64,000 nt of DNA from Squalus acanthias (taxonomy: Eukaryota): positions 17,424,001 to 17,488,000 of the forward strand of contig CM059433.1 in assembly GCA_030390025.1 (NCBI GenBank). Reading direction: 5' to 3'. The notes under the pieces are model-generated. The model worked only from the letters and a program-made list of their open reading frames with translations. It did not search any database and was not told the DNA's origin. Positions 26,126 to 39,420 of this stretch are shown in pieces (position 1 is the first letter of the stretch; every line of letters begins with the position of its first letter). Both the position numbers and the translations under genes were made by a program.

Positions 26126-26808
26126 ATGATGCGGAGATGCCGGTGTTGGACTGGGGTGGACAAAAGTGAGAAGTCGCACAACACCAGGTTATAGTCCAAC
26201 AGTTTTATTTGAAATCACAAGCTTTCGGAGCGACTGCTCCTTCGTCAGGTGAAGTAAAGGAATACAAATCGACAAAGCATATCGAGATAGAGAACAATGC
26301 CTGTGTAACGTACAATGGCAGACGACTACATTTAATCCTCCTGACTGCCTTTTGTCACACCTCGGCAGATAAACACTCAGGTCAGCCAGGAAGGCACCAC
26401 ATCAAAGACATAGCAAGATACAACTGAGACAATGAGGTGGGGTTACAGGGGGTCTAATGTGTCAAAAGCTGCAGTCGGTATGGAAAACGATAAACTTTAA
26501 AATTTTTACTTTTTTACTGGAAATCACATCTGTGAACAAGCCAACGATGACTCGAGTCTGGATGACTCTACGTCATGTATCATGACATAAACCCAAGATC
26601 CCGGTTGAGGCCGTCCTCATGAGTGCGGAACTTGGCTATCAGTTTCTGCTCGATGATTTTGCGTTGTCGTGTGTCTCTAAGGCCGCCTTGGAGAACGCTT
26701 ACCTGCAGATCCGAGGCTGAATGTCCTTGACTGCTGAAGTGTTCCCCGACTGGGAGGTAACAATCCTGCCTGGCGATTGTTGCGCAGTGTCCATTCATAC
26801 GTTGTCTC
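26126..26808 (-). mobile_element. Penelope-like retroelement 3' fragment (GIY-YIG C-terminus + 3' region + pLTR with hammerhead)
   Basis: RQRMNGH...PVGEHFS..GHSASDL.V.VLQGG...QRKIIEQKLIAKFRTHEDGLNRDLGF is a PLE GIY-YIG C-terminus. It is followed by the family A pLTR. Confidence 0.88.
26215..26252 (-). ncRNA. Minimal type I hammerhead ribozyme (family A)
   Basis: UCAC-CUGACGA-A-GGAGC(agtc)GCUCC-GAA-AGCU-U-GUGA: stem I, conserved core, stem II and palindromic stem III. Confidence 0.8.
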
Positions 26809-27279
26809 ATTTTACTTCTGGGGCCTGGGATTAATTCCTAATGGGATGAAAGGCCACTCAGTCTGTTGGCTGTAAAGGTCCTATGTGACATTGAGTCTGA
26901 GCAGTCTCAATCAAGTTCCTGGGGGACGTGGCCTATGCACAAAATGACCCTAATTCAGTAGTAATTGGCAGTATCATTCAGGCAATGGTGGTTAGTGTGG
27001 GAAATGGAAAAAAATGCCATAGCGTTACAGTATTGGGGTGCTTGTCTAAGATTTGGGCTGAGGCACTTTGTTGGAGCGTAGTTGAGCCAGCTTTGCTGTG
27101 CATCTGTCTGTGCTATCGCTGGCCAAAGAGTGCTTGATGGAGATACTGGGTGCCTGAAATGATACGCAAAGTGTCAGTCCCCAGCACTGCCATCCCACAT
27201 CTTCATGAGCATAAAAAAAACTCATAAAACCTGTTTCCACAAGGAATAATATTTGAAAAAGAAACAGTACTGTCCAAAT

Positions 27280-27485
27280 GGTGTCCTGGCCAATATTTAT
27301 CCCTCAGCCAACACCTAAATATCATTATCACATTGCTGTTTCCGGGACCTTGCTGTGCGTAAATTGGCTGCCGCGTTTCCTACATTACACCAGTGACTAC
27401 ATTTCAAAAAATATTTAATTGGCTGTAAAACGCTTTGGAACGTCTTGCGCTTGTTAAAGCCGCTATATAAATGCATTTCTTTCTT
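27280..27485 (+). mobile_element. DeuSINE-like 3' fragment
   Basis: gtgtcctggccaatatttatccctca ... tataaatgc tail; matches the reverse complement of the 41245 copy. Confidence 0.7.
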
Positions 27486-27719
27486 TCTAGTTGAAAAGAC
27501 TGAAACTTTGTGAGTGGTAAATTGACAAAATGTAAAATCAGCATCCAATTGGCACTCAAAAGCTGCCTCAGTGTTGAACAAATATGAGTACTGGTTGGGT
27601 TTCTAAACAATAACTCTTAATCATTTTAGTGAGGTCAACAAAAATGCAACCATGTCAATTTATTACCAACACCACCATTTTGCTCCTTTTACCTTCCCTT
27701 TTACTCCTATTTACTCCTC

Positions 27720-28105
27720 ATAGGAACAGGAGGAGGCCATTCAGTCCTTTGAGTCTGTTTTGCCATTCAATTAGATTATGGCTGCTCTGTCTCTTAACGC
27801 CCTCTACCCGCCTTGGTTCCATAACCTTTAATACCCTTGACCAACAAAAATCTATCAATCTCAGTTTTGAAATTTTCAATTGACCCCCCAGCCTCAACAG
27901 CTTTTTGGGGGAGAGAGTTCCAGATTTCCACTACCCTTTGTGTGAAGAAGTGCTTCCTGACATCACCCCTGAACGACCTAGGTCTGATTTTATGGTAATG
28001 CCCCCTTGTTCTGGACTCCCCCCACCAGAGGAAATAGTTTCTCTCTATCGACCCTATCAAATCCTTTAATCAGCTTAAACACCTCAATTAGATCACCCCT
28101 TAATC
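27720..28105 (-). mobile_element. CR1 3' fragment
   Basis: ESRTRGH...FFTQRVVEIWNSLPQKAVEA plus 3'UTR. Confidence 0.85.
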
Positions 28106-28837
28106 TTTTATATTGAACCAAAACCTATAAGGTATTATAAGAATTAGTTCTGCATGCACTTCTTGTCAAACTTTCTATTATAAATGCTCCTGTCAACTGT
28201 TTCTATTATTAATTCCATGTCAACATGTTTTATGGCAACTGAAATGTAAATTTGTCACACTGTGTTCACATCGTTTAACCAATGATAGTCTTGTAATACC
28301 TCAATTTTGGATACGAACAAACGGAAATGCCGGGCAGGAAAAGACCAGCTGGTTCATCAAGCCTGTTCCACAGTCATGATGGTTGGAGCATCATGAATAG
28401 GCACTTCCTTCCCCCCAACCCCCCACAGCCATGTAATCTCCTGAGAGAGGCAAAAAAAAAACAGAGAAAAGGCCTGGACCAATAAGGAAAGAAAATAACC
28501 TGAAAAATTCCGCTCGACTCCCTCAGGCATCTCTCAGTTCCTCAGCCTGTACTGCAGAGATGCTGCTATGCTCTCCCCACCTCTACCTCCCTGCTTGCTG
28601 AGTTGATGTAAGTTTTGTCAAAATGTTATATAAAAATAAGGATAGAATCTATGACATTAAAATGGGAACTAAATTACATCTACAAGCACTGGTCCAATTA
28701 TCCCCTGCTCTCTAACTCCCTTTCACTATTCTGTGCGTGAAACGCCATGGGAGATTGACGAGTAATATGCTAAAAATCTTGCATCTATGTGCACACCCTA
28801 TCAACTTTTTCCATTATAAATTACGATCTCCACATTT

Positions 28838-29372
28838 ATCGTGAGGTTGTCCGTGGGCTTGCGGTAGAGTGAAGTGCTGAGGTGTCCGTCTTTGATGGAG
28901 ATTCGTGTGTCCAAGAATGAAACTGATTCTGAGGAGTAGTCCATGGTGAGTTTGATGGTGGGATGGAACCTGTTGATGTTATCGTGGACCACGGACAACC
29001 TCACGATGCTCCACTTCTCCAGCTTCCACCCTAACCACATTAAAGAAGCCATCCCCTATGGACAAGCCCTGCGAATCAACTGCAGACGGCAGCATTTGAC
29101 ACGTTGGACCCCCTGTGACCCACCTCATTGTCTTGGCTATGCTCTGATGTGTCTTTGATGCAGTGCCTTCCTGACGGATTGTATCTCTGCAGACAAGTCG
29201 CTCTCTGCGTATATATACTGTGTATTAGATTCCCTCACTGTACCTCTACCTGACGAAGGAGCAGCAGCTCCGAAAGCTCGTAATTTTAAATAAAACTGTT
29301 GGACTATAACCTGGTGTTGTGCGACTTCTCATTTTTGTCCACCCCAGTCCAACACTGGCATCTCCGCATCAT
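28838..29372 (+). mobile_element. Rearranged Penelope-like element (inverted RT piece + direct RT piece + 3' pLTR)
   Basis: Minus strand FHPTIKLTMDYSSESVSFLDTRISIKDGHLSTSLYRKPTD; plus strand TDNLTMLHFSSFHPNHIKEAIPYGQALRI; then the family A pLTR. Confidence 0.85.
29247..29282 (+). ncRNA. Minimal type I hammerhead ribozyme (family A)
   Basis: UAC-CUGACGA-A-GGAGC(agca)GCUCC-GAA-AGCU-C-GUA. Confidence 0.78.
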
Positions 29373-29379
29373 AATATAA

Positions 29380-29858
29380 TGTGGGTATGGTAACACATCG
29401 GGCACTGGACTAGTAAATCAGAAACCTGGATCAATATTCCAGAGGGCGTGAGTTCAAATCCCACCATGGCAGTTTTGTGAACTTGAATTCAGTTTAAAAA
29501 AAACCTGGAAATAAAAAGCTGGTATGAGCAAAAGTGACCGTGAAGCTGTGAGATTGTGAAACAAAAACCCAACTGGTTCACTAATTTCCTTTAGGTCTGG
29601 TCTTCTGTGTGGCTCCAGTCCCACACCAACATGGATGACTCTTACAAAAGCAAAATACTGCGGATGCTGGAAATCTGAAATAAAAACAGAAAATGCTGGA
29701 AATACTCAGCAGGTCAGGCAGCATCCGTGGAGAGAGAAACAGAGTTAACGTTTCAGGGTGACTCTTAACTGCCCTGTGAAGTGGCCTATCAAACTGCTAG
29801 GGATGAGCACTAAAATGTTGGCCTTGCCAGCAATGCCCACCTCTTGAGAATGAAAAAA
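29380..29858 (+). mobile_element. tRNA-headed SINE sharing 5' and 3' sequence with the LINE at 31700-35340; interrupted by a pLTR fragment (29645-29758, TSD tgactctta)
   Basis: B box gagttcaaatccc. The body matches the reverse complement of ~35140-35330. The tail ggccttgccagcaatgccca..gaatgaaaaaa matches the reverse complement of 31700-31770. Confidence 0.8.
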
Positions 29859-30138
29859 GTATCAAATGTTTATGCAAAACTAAGGATATGTCTTTTTAAA
29901 ATGGCAACTGAATTATATCTGCATATCCTGGTTTAGTTATCGTTCGTGCTTTAACCCCTGAAGATTATCAAGATTATACTTGGTCTTAAGGTGTAATGCC
30001 ACGGGAGATCGACTAGTTTAGTAAATTTCTTTTAGTACATCACTCTTTCAGAGACCACCATGTCAAATTTGGGAAATTAAGCCCTCGTCTATCATAACAG
30101 TCTTTGTAAACAACAGCACTTGACCAGCATAAAAGTCC

Positions 30139-30331
30139 CCGCCCCCCTTTCCCAGCTTTACACTTGCTTTAAATCTGTTTCATTTCCTGTTTTTTACCAG
30201 TTCTGACGAAGGGTCACAGACCTGAAACGTTAACTCTGTTTCTCTCTCCACGGATGCTGCCTGACCTGCTGAGTGTTTCCAGCATTTTCTGTTGTTATTT
30301 CGGATTTCCAGCATCCGCAGTATTTTGCTAT
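30139..30331 (+). mobile_element. Penelope-like pLTR (family B)
   Basis: 13-bp TSD agcataaaagtcc (30126-30138, 30332-30344). It contains a hammerhead. Confidence 0.82.
30199..30235 (+). ncRNA. Minimal type I hammerhead ribozyme (family B)
   Basis: AGUU-CUGACGA-A-GGGUC(aca)GACCU-GAA-ACGU-U-AACU. Confidence 0.8.
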
Positions 30332-30557
30332 AGCATAAAAGTCCTGTTGTGTGTGATGGTTTCTATTTTATTAATTCTTTTTGACACATCTTTATATCTG
30401 TTATATACAACTGATTTTTCCCAGGACCAAATATAATCTTGTCTAGCTGTTGGAAGGATTTTTGTCTGTCTCTATATAAACAGAGTCAGAAACCACAGTA
30501 ACGTCAGCTCCAGTGTCAGTTCTTATGCTGCAGTTATACTCTGAGACCAGTAACTGT

Positions 30558-31470
30558 GGCCGGAATTTTTACTTGGAGGCAGGTAGGGAGCAGGAGGGGC
30601 TGGAATGCGGAAGGGAAACCCGGGAGAACGGGTTTCCCTCAGACGCTGCAAAATTTAACGGCACGGACTGATTTAATTTAAAAAAAAATTTCTTATCTGT
30701 TTCCCGCCCGCAGCCAGCCAGATTGAGAGGCTGACTGGCTGTCGGGCGAGTAGGCCTGGGGAGCAGAGAGGAGGAAGGCCCGGGTCATCAGAGGAAGTCG
30801 GGGGCCAGGATCGTTGGAGGGGATTGGGGCCAGGATCATCTGAGGGGATCGAGGCCTGGATCACCGGAGAGAGTCGGGTGCCAGGGATCGTTGCGGGGGG
30901 GGGGGGAGGTGGGGGGGCAGGGCGGGTGGTCGGAAGGCCAGGATCAGGGTGGGGGTCAGAAGTCCGGATGGGGGGTCGGAGATTGGCCTTGGGGCGGTGG
31001 GGGGGAAATCGGAAGCCTCGGGATGGGGGGAGGGGAAGGTGATTGGAGACCTTGGAGAGGAGATCGGAGGGAGGTTGTAAGGGTCGGAGGGGTGGTTGGA
31101 AGGGTCGGGAGGGGGTGTCTGATTGCGGGCGTTGGCAAAGCAGGAACGCTGGACCCAGCAGGAAAGTGGAGAGGCACTTACCTCCTGGATCCAGCAGTCC
31201 TCACCTTCCTTCAGCTGGCAGGTTCCCCGAGGCCCGGGAAACCCGGCCTCCCACAGTTAAATTTAAAATTGAGCTTCAACATTAGGCATGCAGCCTCATT
31301 ATAATATTTAAAATGCCAACCCTCCTCCTGCAAGCGGGTTGGCTTCCCGCCCCCCCGTCTCACCGCCGTTAAACCACAAGTGGGTGGGTTGGGGTCGGGA
31401 TTCAGATTTTTAACACTTCAGCCTCTCACCCGACCCAACACATCTGTTTCTTGGGGTTAAAATCCCCCCC
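30558..31470. mobile_element. Harbinger-type MITE with G-rich degenerate internal repeat
   Basis: TIR ggccggaatttt / aaaatccccccc. Same family as 54321-55744. Confidence 0.8.
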
Positions 31471-31699
31471 CAGTAGGTCCCAAAATTGCATTTGGTAAGA
31501 CTCAAGTTTAACTGTAGGCTGTGCCTGTCTGCAAGTTGCAGCCTTCTCCCTATCAGCCACAATTTTTTTTTGATGTAGGAGAATGCAGAAGGGACAATGT
31601 CCATTCTCTCATTACTTTAAAAAGACTTAATACTAGGTTTAGAAAGCGCACAGCCTAAGTATTTTTAAAGTTCTTCTTCGTACCAGATTGGAGTTATAC

Positions 31700-34600
31700 T
31701 TTTTTTTTTATTCGTTCATGAGATATGGGCGTCACTGGCAAGGCCAGCATTTATTGCCCATCCCTAGTTGTCCTTGAGAAGGTGGTGGTGAACCGCCTTC
31801 TTGAACCGCTGCAGTCCATATGGTGAAGGTACTTCCACAGTGCTGTTAGGGAGGGAGTTCCAGGATTTTGACCCAGCGATGATGAAGGAACGGCGATATA
31901 TTTCCACGTCAGGATGGTGTGTAACTTGGAGGGGAACTTACATGTGCTGGTGTTCCCATGTGTCTGTTGCCCTTGTCCTTCTAGGTGGTAGAAGTTGCAG
32001 GTTTGGGAGGTGCTGCCGAAGGAGCCTTGGCAAGTTGCTGCAGTACATCTTATAGATGGTACACACTGCAGCCACGGTGTGCCGGTGGTGGAGGGAGTGA
32101 ATGTTTAAGGTGGTGGATGGGGTGCCAATCAAGCGGGCTGCTTTGTCCTGGATGGTGTCGAGCTTCTTGAGTGTTGTTGGAGCTGCACTCATCCAGGCAA
32201 GTGGAGAGTATTCCATCACACTCCTGACTTGTGCCTTGTAGATGGTGGAAAGGCTTTGGGGAGTCAGGAGGTGAGACACTCGCCGCAGAATACCCAGCCT
32301 CTGACCAGCTCTTGTTGCCACAGTATTTATGCGGCTGGTCCAGTTAAGTTTCTGGTCAATGGTGACCCCCAGGATGTTGATGGTGGGGGATTCGGTGATG
32401 GTAATGCCGCTGCATGTCAAGGGACGGTGGTTAGACTCTCGCTTGTTGGAGATAGTCATTGCCTGGCACTTGTGTAGCGCGAATGTTACTTGCCACTTAT
32501 CAGCCCAACTCTGACTGTCGTCCCGGTCTTGCTGCATGTGGGCATGGACTGCTTCATTATCTGGGGAGTTGCAAATGGCACTGAACACTGAGCAGTCATC
32601 AGCGAACATCCCCACTTCTGACCTTATGATGGAGGGAAGGTCATTGATGAAGCAGCTGAAGATGGTTGGGTCTAGGACACTGCCCTGAGGAACTCCTGCA
32701 GCAATGTCCTGGGGCTGTGATGATTGACCTCCAACAACCACAACCATCTTCCTTTGTGCTAGGTATGACTCCAACCAGTGGAGCATTTTCCCCCTGATTC
32801 CCATCGACTTCAGTTTTACTAGGGCTCCTTGGTGCCACAGTCGGTCAAATGCTGCCTTGATGTCAAGAGCAGTCATTCTCACCTCATCTCTGGAATTCAG
32901 CTCTTTTGTCCATGTTTGAACCAAGGCTCTAATGAGGTCTGGAGCCGAGTGGTCCTGGCGGCGCCCAAACTGAGCATTGGTGAGCAGATTATTGGTGAGT
33001 AAGTGCCGCTTGATAGCAGTGTCGACGACACCTCCCATCACTTTGCTGGTGATTGAGAGTAGACTGATGGGGTGGGCCCCAGCTATTCACAATATATATC
33101 AATGATTTGGGTGAGAGAACCAAATGTATTCTTTCCAAGTTTGCTGATGACACGAAACTAGGTGGGATAGTGAGTTGTGAGGAGGATGCAAAGAGGCTTC
33201 AAGGCGATTTAGACAAGTTGAGTGAGTGGGCAAATACATGGCAGATGCAGTATAACGTGGATAAATGTGAAGTTATCCACTTCGGGAGGAAAAACAGAAA
33301 GGCAGAGTATTATTTAAATGGTGCTAGATTGGGAAATGTTGATGTACAAACGGACCTGGGTGTCCTTGTACACCAGTCACTGAAAGCAAACATGCAGGTG
33401 CAGCAAGCAGTTAGGAAGGCAAATGGTATGCTGGCCTTCATTGCAAGAGGATTTGAGTACAGGAGCAAGGATGTCTTACTACAGTTGTACAGGGCCTTGG
33501 TGAGACCAAACCTGGAGTACTGTGGTAAGGTCTCCTTACCTAAGAAAGGATATACTTGCCATAGAGGGAGTGCAGCGAAGGTTCACCAGACTGATTCCTG
33601 GGATGGCAGGACTGTCATATGAGGAGAGATTGGGTTAACTAGGCCTGTATTCACTAGAGTTTAGAAGAATGAGAGGTGATCTCATTGAAACGTATAAAAT
33701 TCTGACAGGGCTAGACAGACTGGATGCAGGGAGGATGTTTCCCCTGGCTGGGGGGTCCAGAACGAGGGGTCACAGTCTCAGGATAAGGGGTAGGACATTT
33801 AGGACTGAGATGAGGAGAAATTTCTTCACTCAGAGGGTGGTGAACCTGTGGAATTCTCTACCACAGAAGGCTGTGGAGGCCAAGTCACTGAATATATTTA
33901 AGAAGGAGATAGATAGATTTCTAGACACAAAAGGCATCAAGGGGTATGGGGAGAGAGCGGGAATATGGTATTGAGATAGAGGATCAGCCATGATCATATT
34001 GAATGGCGGAGCAGGCTCGAAGGGCCGAATGGCCTACTCCTGCTCCTATTTTTCTATGTTTCTATGTAATTGGACGGATTGGATTTGTCCTGCTTTTTTG
34101 TGAACAGGACATACCTGTGCAGTTTATCACATTGTCGGATAGATGCCAGTGTTGTAGCTGTACTGGAACAGCTTGGCTAGAGGTGCAGCTAGTTCTGGAG
34201 CACAAGTCTTCAGCACAACAGCCGGGATGTTGTCAGGGCCCACAGCCTTTGCTGTATCCATTGCGCTCAGCTGTTTCTTGATATCACGTGGAGTGAATTG
34301 AATTGGCTGAAGACTGACTTCTGTGATGGTGGGGACCTCAGGAGGAGGCCGGTATGGATGATCCACTCGGCGCATCTGGCTGAAGATGGTTGCAAACGCT
34401 TCAGCCTTGTCTTTTGCACTCACGTGTTGGGCTCCGCCATCACTGCTACCAATGCTGTCCTGGACAGTTGCATCTGCGACAGGTAGATTGGTGAGGATGA
34501 GATCAAGTAGATTTTTCCTTGTGTTGGTTCTCTCACCACCTGCCGCAAGCCCAGTCTGACAGCTATGTCCTTCAGGACTCGGCCAGCTCGGTGAGTAGTG

Positions 34601-35340
34601 GTGCTACCGAGCCACTCATGGTGATGGACATTGAAGTCCCCCACCCAGAGTACATTCTGTGCCCTTGCTACTCTCAGTGCTTCCTCCAAGTGGTGTTCAT
34701 CAGCTGAGGGAGGGCGGTAGGTGGTAATCAATCAGGTTTCCTTGCCCATGCTTGACCTGAAGCCATGAGACTTCATGGGGTCCTGAGTCAATGTTGAGGA
34801 CACCCAGGGCCATTCTCTCCCGACTGTATACTACTGGTGGGTCTGTCCTGCAGGTGGGACAGGACGTACCCAGGGATGATGATGGAGGAGTCTGGGACAT
34901 TGGCTGAAAGATATGATTCTGTGAGTATGACTATGTCAGGCTGTTGCTTGACTAGTCTGTGGGGCAGCTCTCCTAGTTTTGGCACAATTCCCCAGATATT
35001 CTTGTGGAGGACTTTGCAGGGGCGACTGGGCTGGGTGTGCCGTTGTCATGTCCGTAGCCGGTGCCGAGGTTGATGCCGGGTGGTCCATCCGGTTTTATTC
35101 TTATTATTGTCTTTCGTAGTGGTTTGTTACAACTGAGTGGCTTGCTAGGCCATTTCAGAGGGTAGTTAAGAGTCAACCACGTTGCTGTGAGTCTGGACTC
35201 ACATATAGGCCAGACCAGGTAAGGACGGCAGATTTCCTTCCCTTAAGGACATCAGTGAACCAGATGGGTTTTTACGACAATCCGGTAGTTTCATGGTCAT
35301 CATTACTGATACTAGCTTTTTATTCCAGATTTATTTACTC
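31700..35340 (-). mobile_element. Decayed CR1-group LINE of a second lineage (APE + RT), interrupted by CR1 33076-34066
   Basis: RT ORF 31938-33041 ([20 protein letters not shown]), APE fragments (LTESYL, YRPPS, VGDFN) and a poly(A)-like end at ~31700. Confidence 0.9.
33076..34066 (+). mobile_element. 5'-truncated CR1 nested in the minus-strand LINE
   Basis: KFADDTKL to GYGERAGIWY, then 3'UTR and ttctatgt tail. Confidence 0.93.
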
Positions 35341-37844
35341 TTATCTGATGTGACACTGAAGCAATCTGAGAGAGTGTCCTACAGCCGGTCTTGCACCACT
35401 TGCCTTAGAAGGCAAAAGAAAGCTTTTTGTGGGGGTTTTTAAGCACCTTACCACGTAACTAAAAAACATCTCAAAGCACTTCACATGCAATGAATCACTC
35501 CCACAGTGAAGTGCTGTCACTGTTACTATAGTGCTCTGGGACTCTGATTGAGACCTGATGCCAAGGTATACTGCCACCTTCACATGGCGGCCCACCTGAA
35601 CCTGCTTTGCATCAATGTGAAAGTGGCAGAATAAATGATTTCCAGCATCCGCAGTATTTTGCTATCGTTTAAATCCTACTGGATGGTTGTTTAACAGAAG
35701 ATTCGCTGTTGACCATTACAACCATTACAACCATTAAGAAAGTTTGAGTTTTTGAGGATAATTCTTCTGCAACACAGTTTTATTTGCAAACAACTGCTTA
35801 CTGCTCCTTCTTTGAATATCTATGTAACAGACTAATGTAGTGCTCATATGCAACAAATCAGATGCTGGCAACTGCAGATCCATAAGTATTGCTTCAATTG
35901 CATGTAAAAAAAAGGAATTGATTATCGGGTGTGAACCTGAGGATTATCATTAGAATAATAAGATGTTAAACTGCAGTCAACATGAAATTCGTAAGGGGAG
36001 GATCGTGCCTGACCAACCTATTTGCTTTCTTTGACAAAGTGACATCCCAAGCCCTACGATGTGTTGTATTATATTTCCAAAAGGCATTTGACAATGTTCC
36101 ACGTGAAAGGTTATTAGTTAAGCTCAAAGCTATGGGGATTCAGGAATGAGTGAGAAATTGGCCGAAGGGTAGAAAACAACAAGTATTGATTGAAGAGCTA
36201 TGAGAATTTTGCTCTGTCATTGCACAGCATCCACACTTGATCCCATGGGATTCTGCTGGGATACCCTGCTAAAATAGAGACTATTATTTATTACCTGTTT
36301 TGCTTTGTTGCACCTAATTAACAGCTTTCTTGACAAGTCATTCAGGGTCCATTTAGAGGCTGACTGATAGTTTTGCATCTCAAAGCTATAGGCTGCCACA
36401 GATCATTCATTCTGCAAGCCATCATCTCTGCAATATTCCATGAGGTACGACAAAGAATAAATAAATCAACCAGTTAACTAGCTCAAAAAAATTTTCATAA
36501 GCGTATAAGAAACAGGAGCAGGAGTCGGCCGTACGGCCCCTCGAGCCTGCTCCGCCATTCAATAAGATCATGGCTGATCTTCGACCTCAACTCCACTTTC
36601 CCACCCTCTCCTCATATTCAGTTTGCTGCAAACTATTTTTTCAGAATTCTCTTTGATAACTTTCTATTTCTTTTAATCCTCATCAATGAACCCAAAGGAG
36701 TTCATAATGTCATTTGTTACATCTCCCATATTTATTTGGTTTTACCTCTCTTTGCTAATTCTGACAGCAGTCGTAAACTTTAGAATTTGCACTGTTACCC
36801 TGGGTTAAATTTATCTGATGGGTTTAATTGAGAGGTTTTTTTTATTGCTGATTTCCCCCCCCCCCCCCCTTTTTCTCTTGAGTTTTGTTCACTTCACAGA
36901 AGAAAAGTTCACTTTTATCTCCACGTACAAAGATTCAGCAGATCATTTCCATTCATCTGAACAGCCACCCGGGCCTCGGTTTAACGTCTTGTCCAAAAGA
37001 CAATTTTCTCCACAGTATCCCACAGGCACTGAGGCCAATTGTTTGGATGAAATTGGAATCCAGGGAATAAACACGAGACCTTTTTGGTCAGGATGGGCTC
37101 AGCTAGTCACTGGATAACATTTCTGAGTCACTCGAGGAGCTTAAAAGAGATTTTGTTTGAGTATCTGTGTCGTAGACAGAATATCAGTAAATAGGAATGG
37201 AGTGGTGTAGTTAGTTGGAGCACCGGTCCCCCATTGAATTCCCCCATGCTGCGCAATTCCTCATCTCCATTGTGTTGCTGTGGAACAGCAGTATCGAGAA
37301 AATCAAGTATTCCTCAGGGCACCCCTGCACATGCCTTCAAGCCGCTTTTTCCGAGTGGAATTGGTGGATATCAGGGAACATGTCACCCACCTGCCTTCTC
37401 AACTGCAAATACATGCGTCCTCTAGGACCCTGGGGAGTTATAGAGTGGATGCATAGTTTTACAATAAGATAGGACATAGGGTAAGAAAAAAACAATCAAG
37501 TCCTTCGGACTGATTTAGCGCTCCGAGCGGGGAGCAGTGCTCACAGCGGACACATGGTGGGAAATTGCGGGCACGCAATTTCCCATCATTCCATATGCAT
37601 TCATTTTAAAGGATGGACAATCACGAGCTATGTGTTAATTTTTTTCCAATCATGCGCTTCCTCTGGGAGTGGGGATTGCGCCATTATTTGCCAATTTTCC
37701 TTTTCCTCATTGATTAAATGTCTGTATTTTTCTCCTTCTGTTTGGTTATGTTAATTATTTCTGATTTATTTTTTATTAGGTAGAACTGTTCTTCTCAATT
37801 TCAGTCTTCTCCCCAATCACACTCAACCACAAATGTTCTACTGA

Positions 37845-39030
37845 ATCATATTAGAATCATACATTACAACACAGAAGGAGGCTGTTCAGTCCATCGTGCC
37901 TGCCCTAGCTCTTTAAAAGACCTATTCACTCAGTCCCAATCCCCATTACCTTTTTAGATTTTCCTTTTCCAAATATTTATCTGCTTCCCTTTAAAAGTTA
38001 TTATAGATTCTGCTTCCACTATTCTTTCTGGTGGGTTACAAAAATCCTCTGCATGAATAAAATTCTTCCAACCTCTCCCATTTCATGATGATCTTAAATT
38101 TATGTCCTATGGTTACCAACTCACCAAACAGTGGAATAGTTTTTCCTGATTTTACCTGAACCAAAGCCCTTCATAATTGTGATCATCTCTATCCGATTTC
38201 CTCTCAATTGTCTCTGTTCCAGTGAAAAAAGCATCAGTTTCTCCAGTGACTCCGTGTAACTAAATCTCTTTTGCATGTTCTCCACGGTCTTAACATCCAT
38301 CCTTGAGTGCCAGAAACTGGACACAATATTCTAACTAATCAATGATTGGTATAGATTTAGGAACAGAAGAGCAGAGGGCAATACGCAAAAAGAAATGTGA
38401 GGCTTTTAGTTACAAGGAGTCACTAGAGAAATTGAAATTCTTCACTAGAACAGGGAAGATTTAGCATCACCTCTTTGCTTTTGTATTTTTTGCCCCCATT
38501 TATAAACCCTTGGATCCTATAGGCCTCTTTTTTTACATCTTTATCAAGTTGTCCTTGCACTTTTAAAGATTTATATATTTAAACCCCTAAGTCTCTCTCT
38601 ATGCCTTTTAGAGTTTTGTTATTTAGTGCATATATCCGATCCTTATTCTTCCTCCCAAAATGTTTACCTCACTTTTTTCTGCATTAAATATCATTTTTCC
38701 AATATACTAACCTGTCTGTGTGCTCATGAATTCACTTATACTCCATTTCACAGTTAACCACGCTTCCTATTTTTGTGTTGTTCACAAGTTGTGATAATAT
38801 GCCCCCTACAACCAAGAACAGATCATTTATATTGAGAAGAGCAACGCACCAAATACTGACCCCTGGGGGACACAGCTGCTTACATCTCTCGAAACCGGAA
38901 AACATTCATTACCTATTACTCTCTGTTTTCTGTCATTTAACCAACTTCGTATCCATGCTGTCACATTCCCTTTAATTTGAACAATAAGCCTCCTATGTGG
39001 CATCTTATCAAACGCCTTTTGAAAATCCAT
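37845..39030 (-). mobile_element. Degraded CR1 ORF2 3' part
   Basis: [19 protein letters not shown] and 3' UTR remnants. Confidence 0.8.
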
Positions 39031-39039
39031 ACATAATAG

Positions 39040-39420
39040 TTTGCAAGGACTGAGGTGTGAGGGTAGGATATTTCTGTGGTAGGGGTGATGATGCTGGTTT
39101 TGAAAGGAAGGTTGGGCAGTATCTGAGCGGCAGAAATGATTTACAATGACAGCTAGCATGAGGGTCAGGAAGGGAAGTTGGGTGATCAGCAGTTTAGTGG
39201 GCATGGAGTCAAGGGAGCAGGAAGTGGATCTCGTGAACGTGATGAGGTTGGAGCGGGCATGAGAGGAGATAGGAGTAAAACTAGAGAAAGATACAGGTCC
39301 AGGGCCAGGGCAAGGAGAGAACCCGAGAGGAGGTTTGGCTTGATGATCAAGGGGAGGGAAGGTGGCATCAGCAGACACAGCTGGACCAATGACCTCAATC
39401 TCAGTGACAGGAGCTAGTGT
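39040..39420 (-). mobile_element. L2/CR1-group RT N-terminal remnant
   Basis: TSCSLDSMPTKLLITQLPFL..IVN motif, typical of the L2 pre-RT region. Confidence 0.55.
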
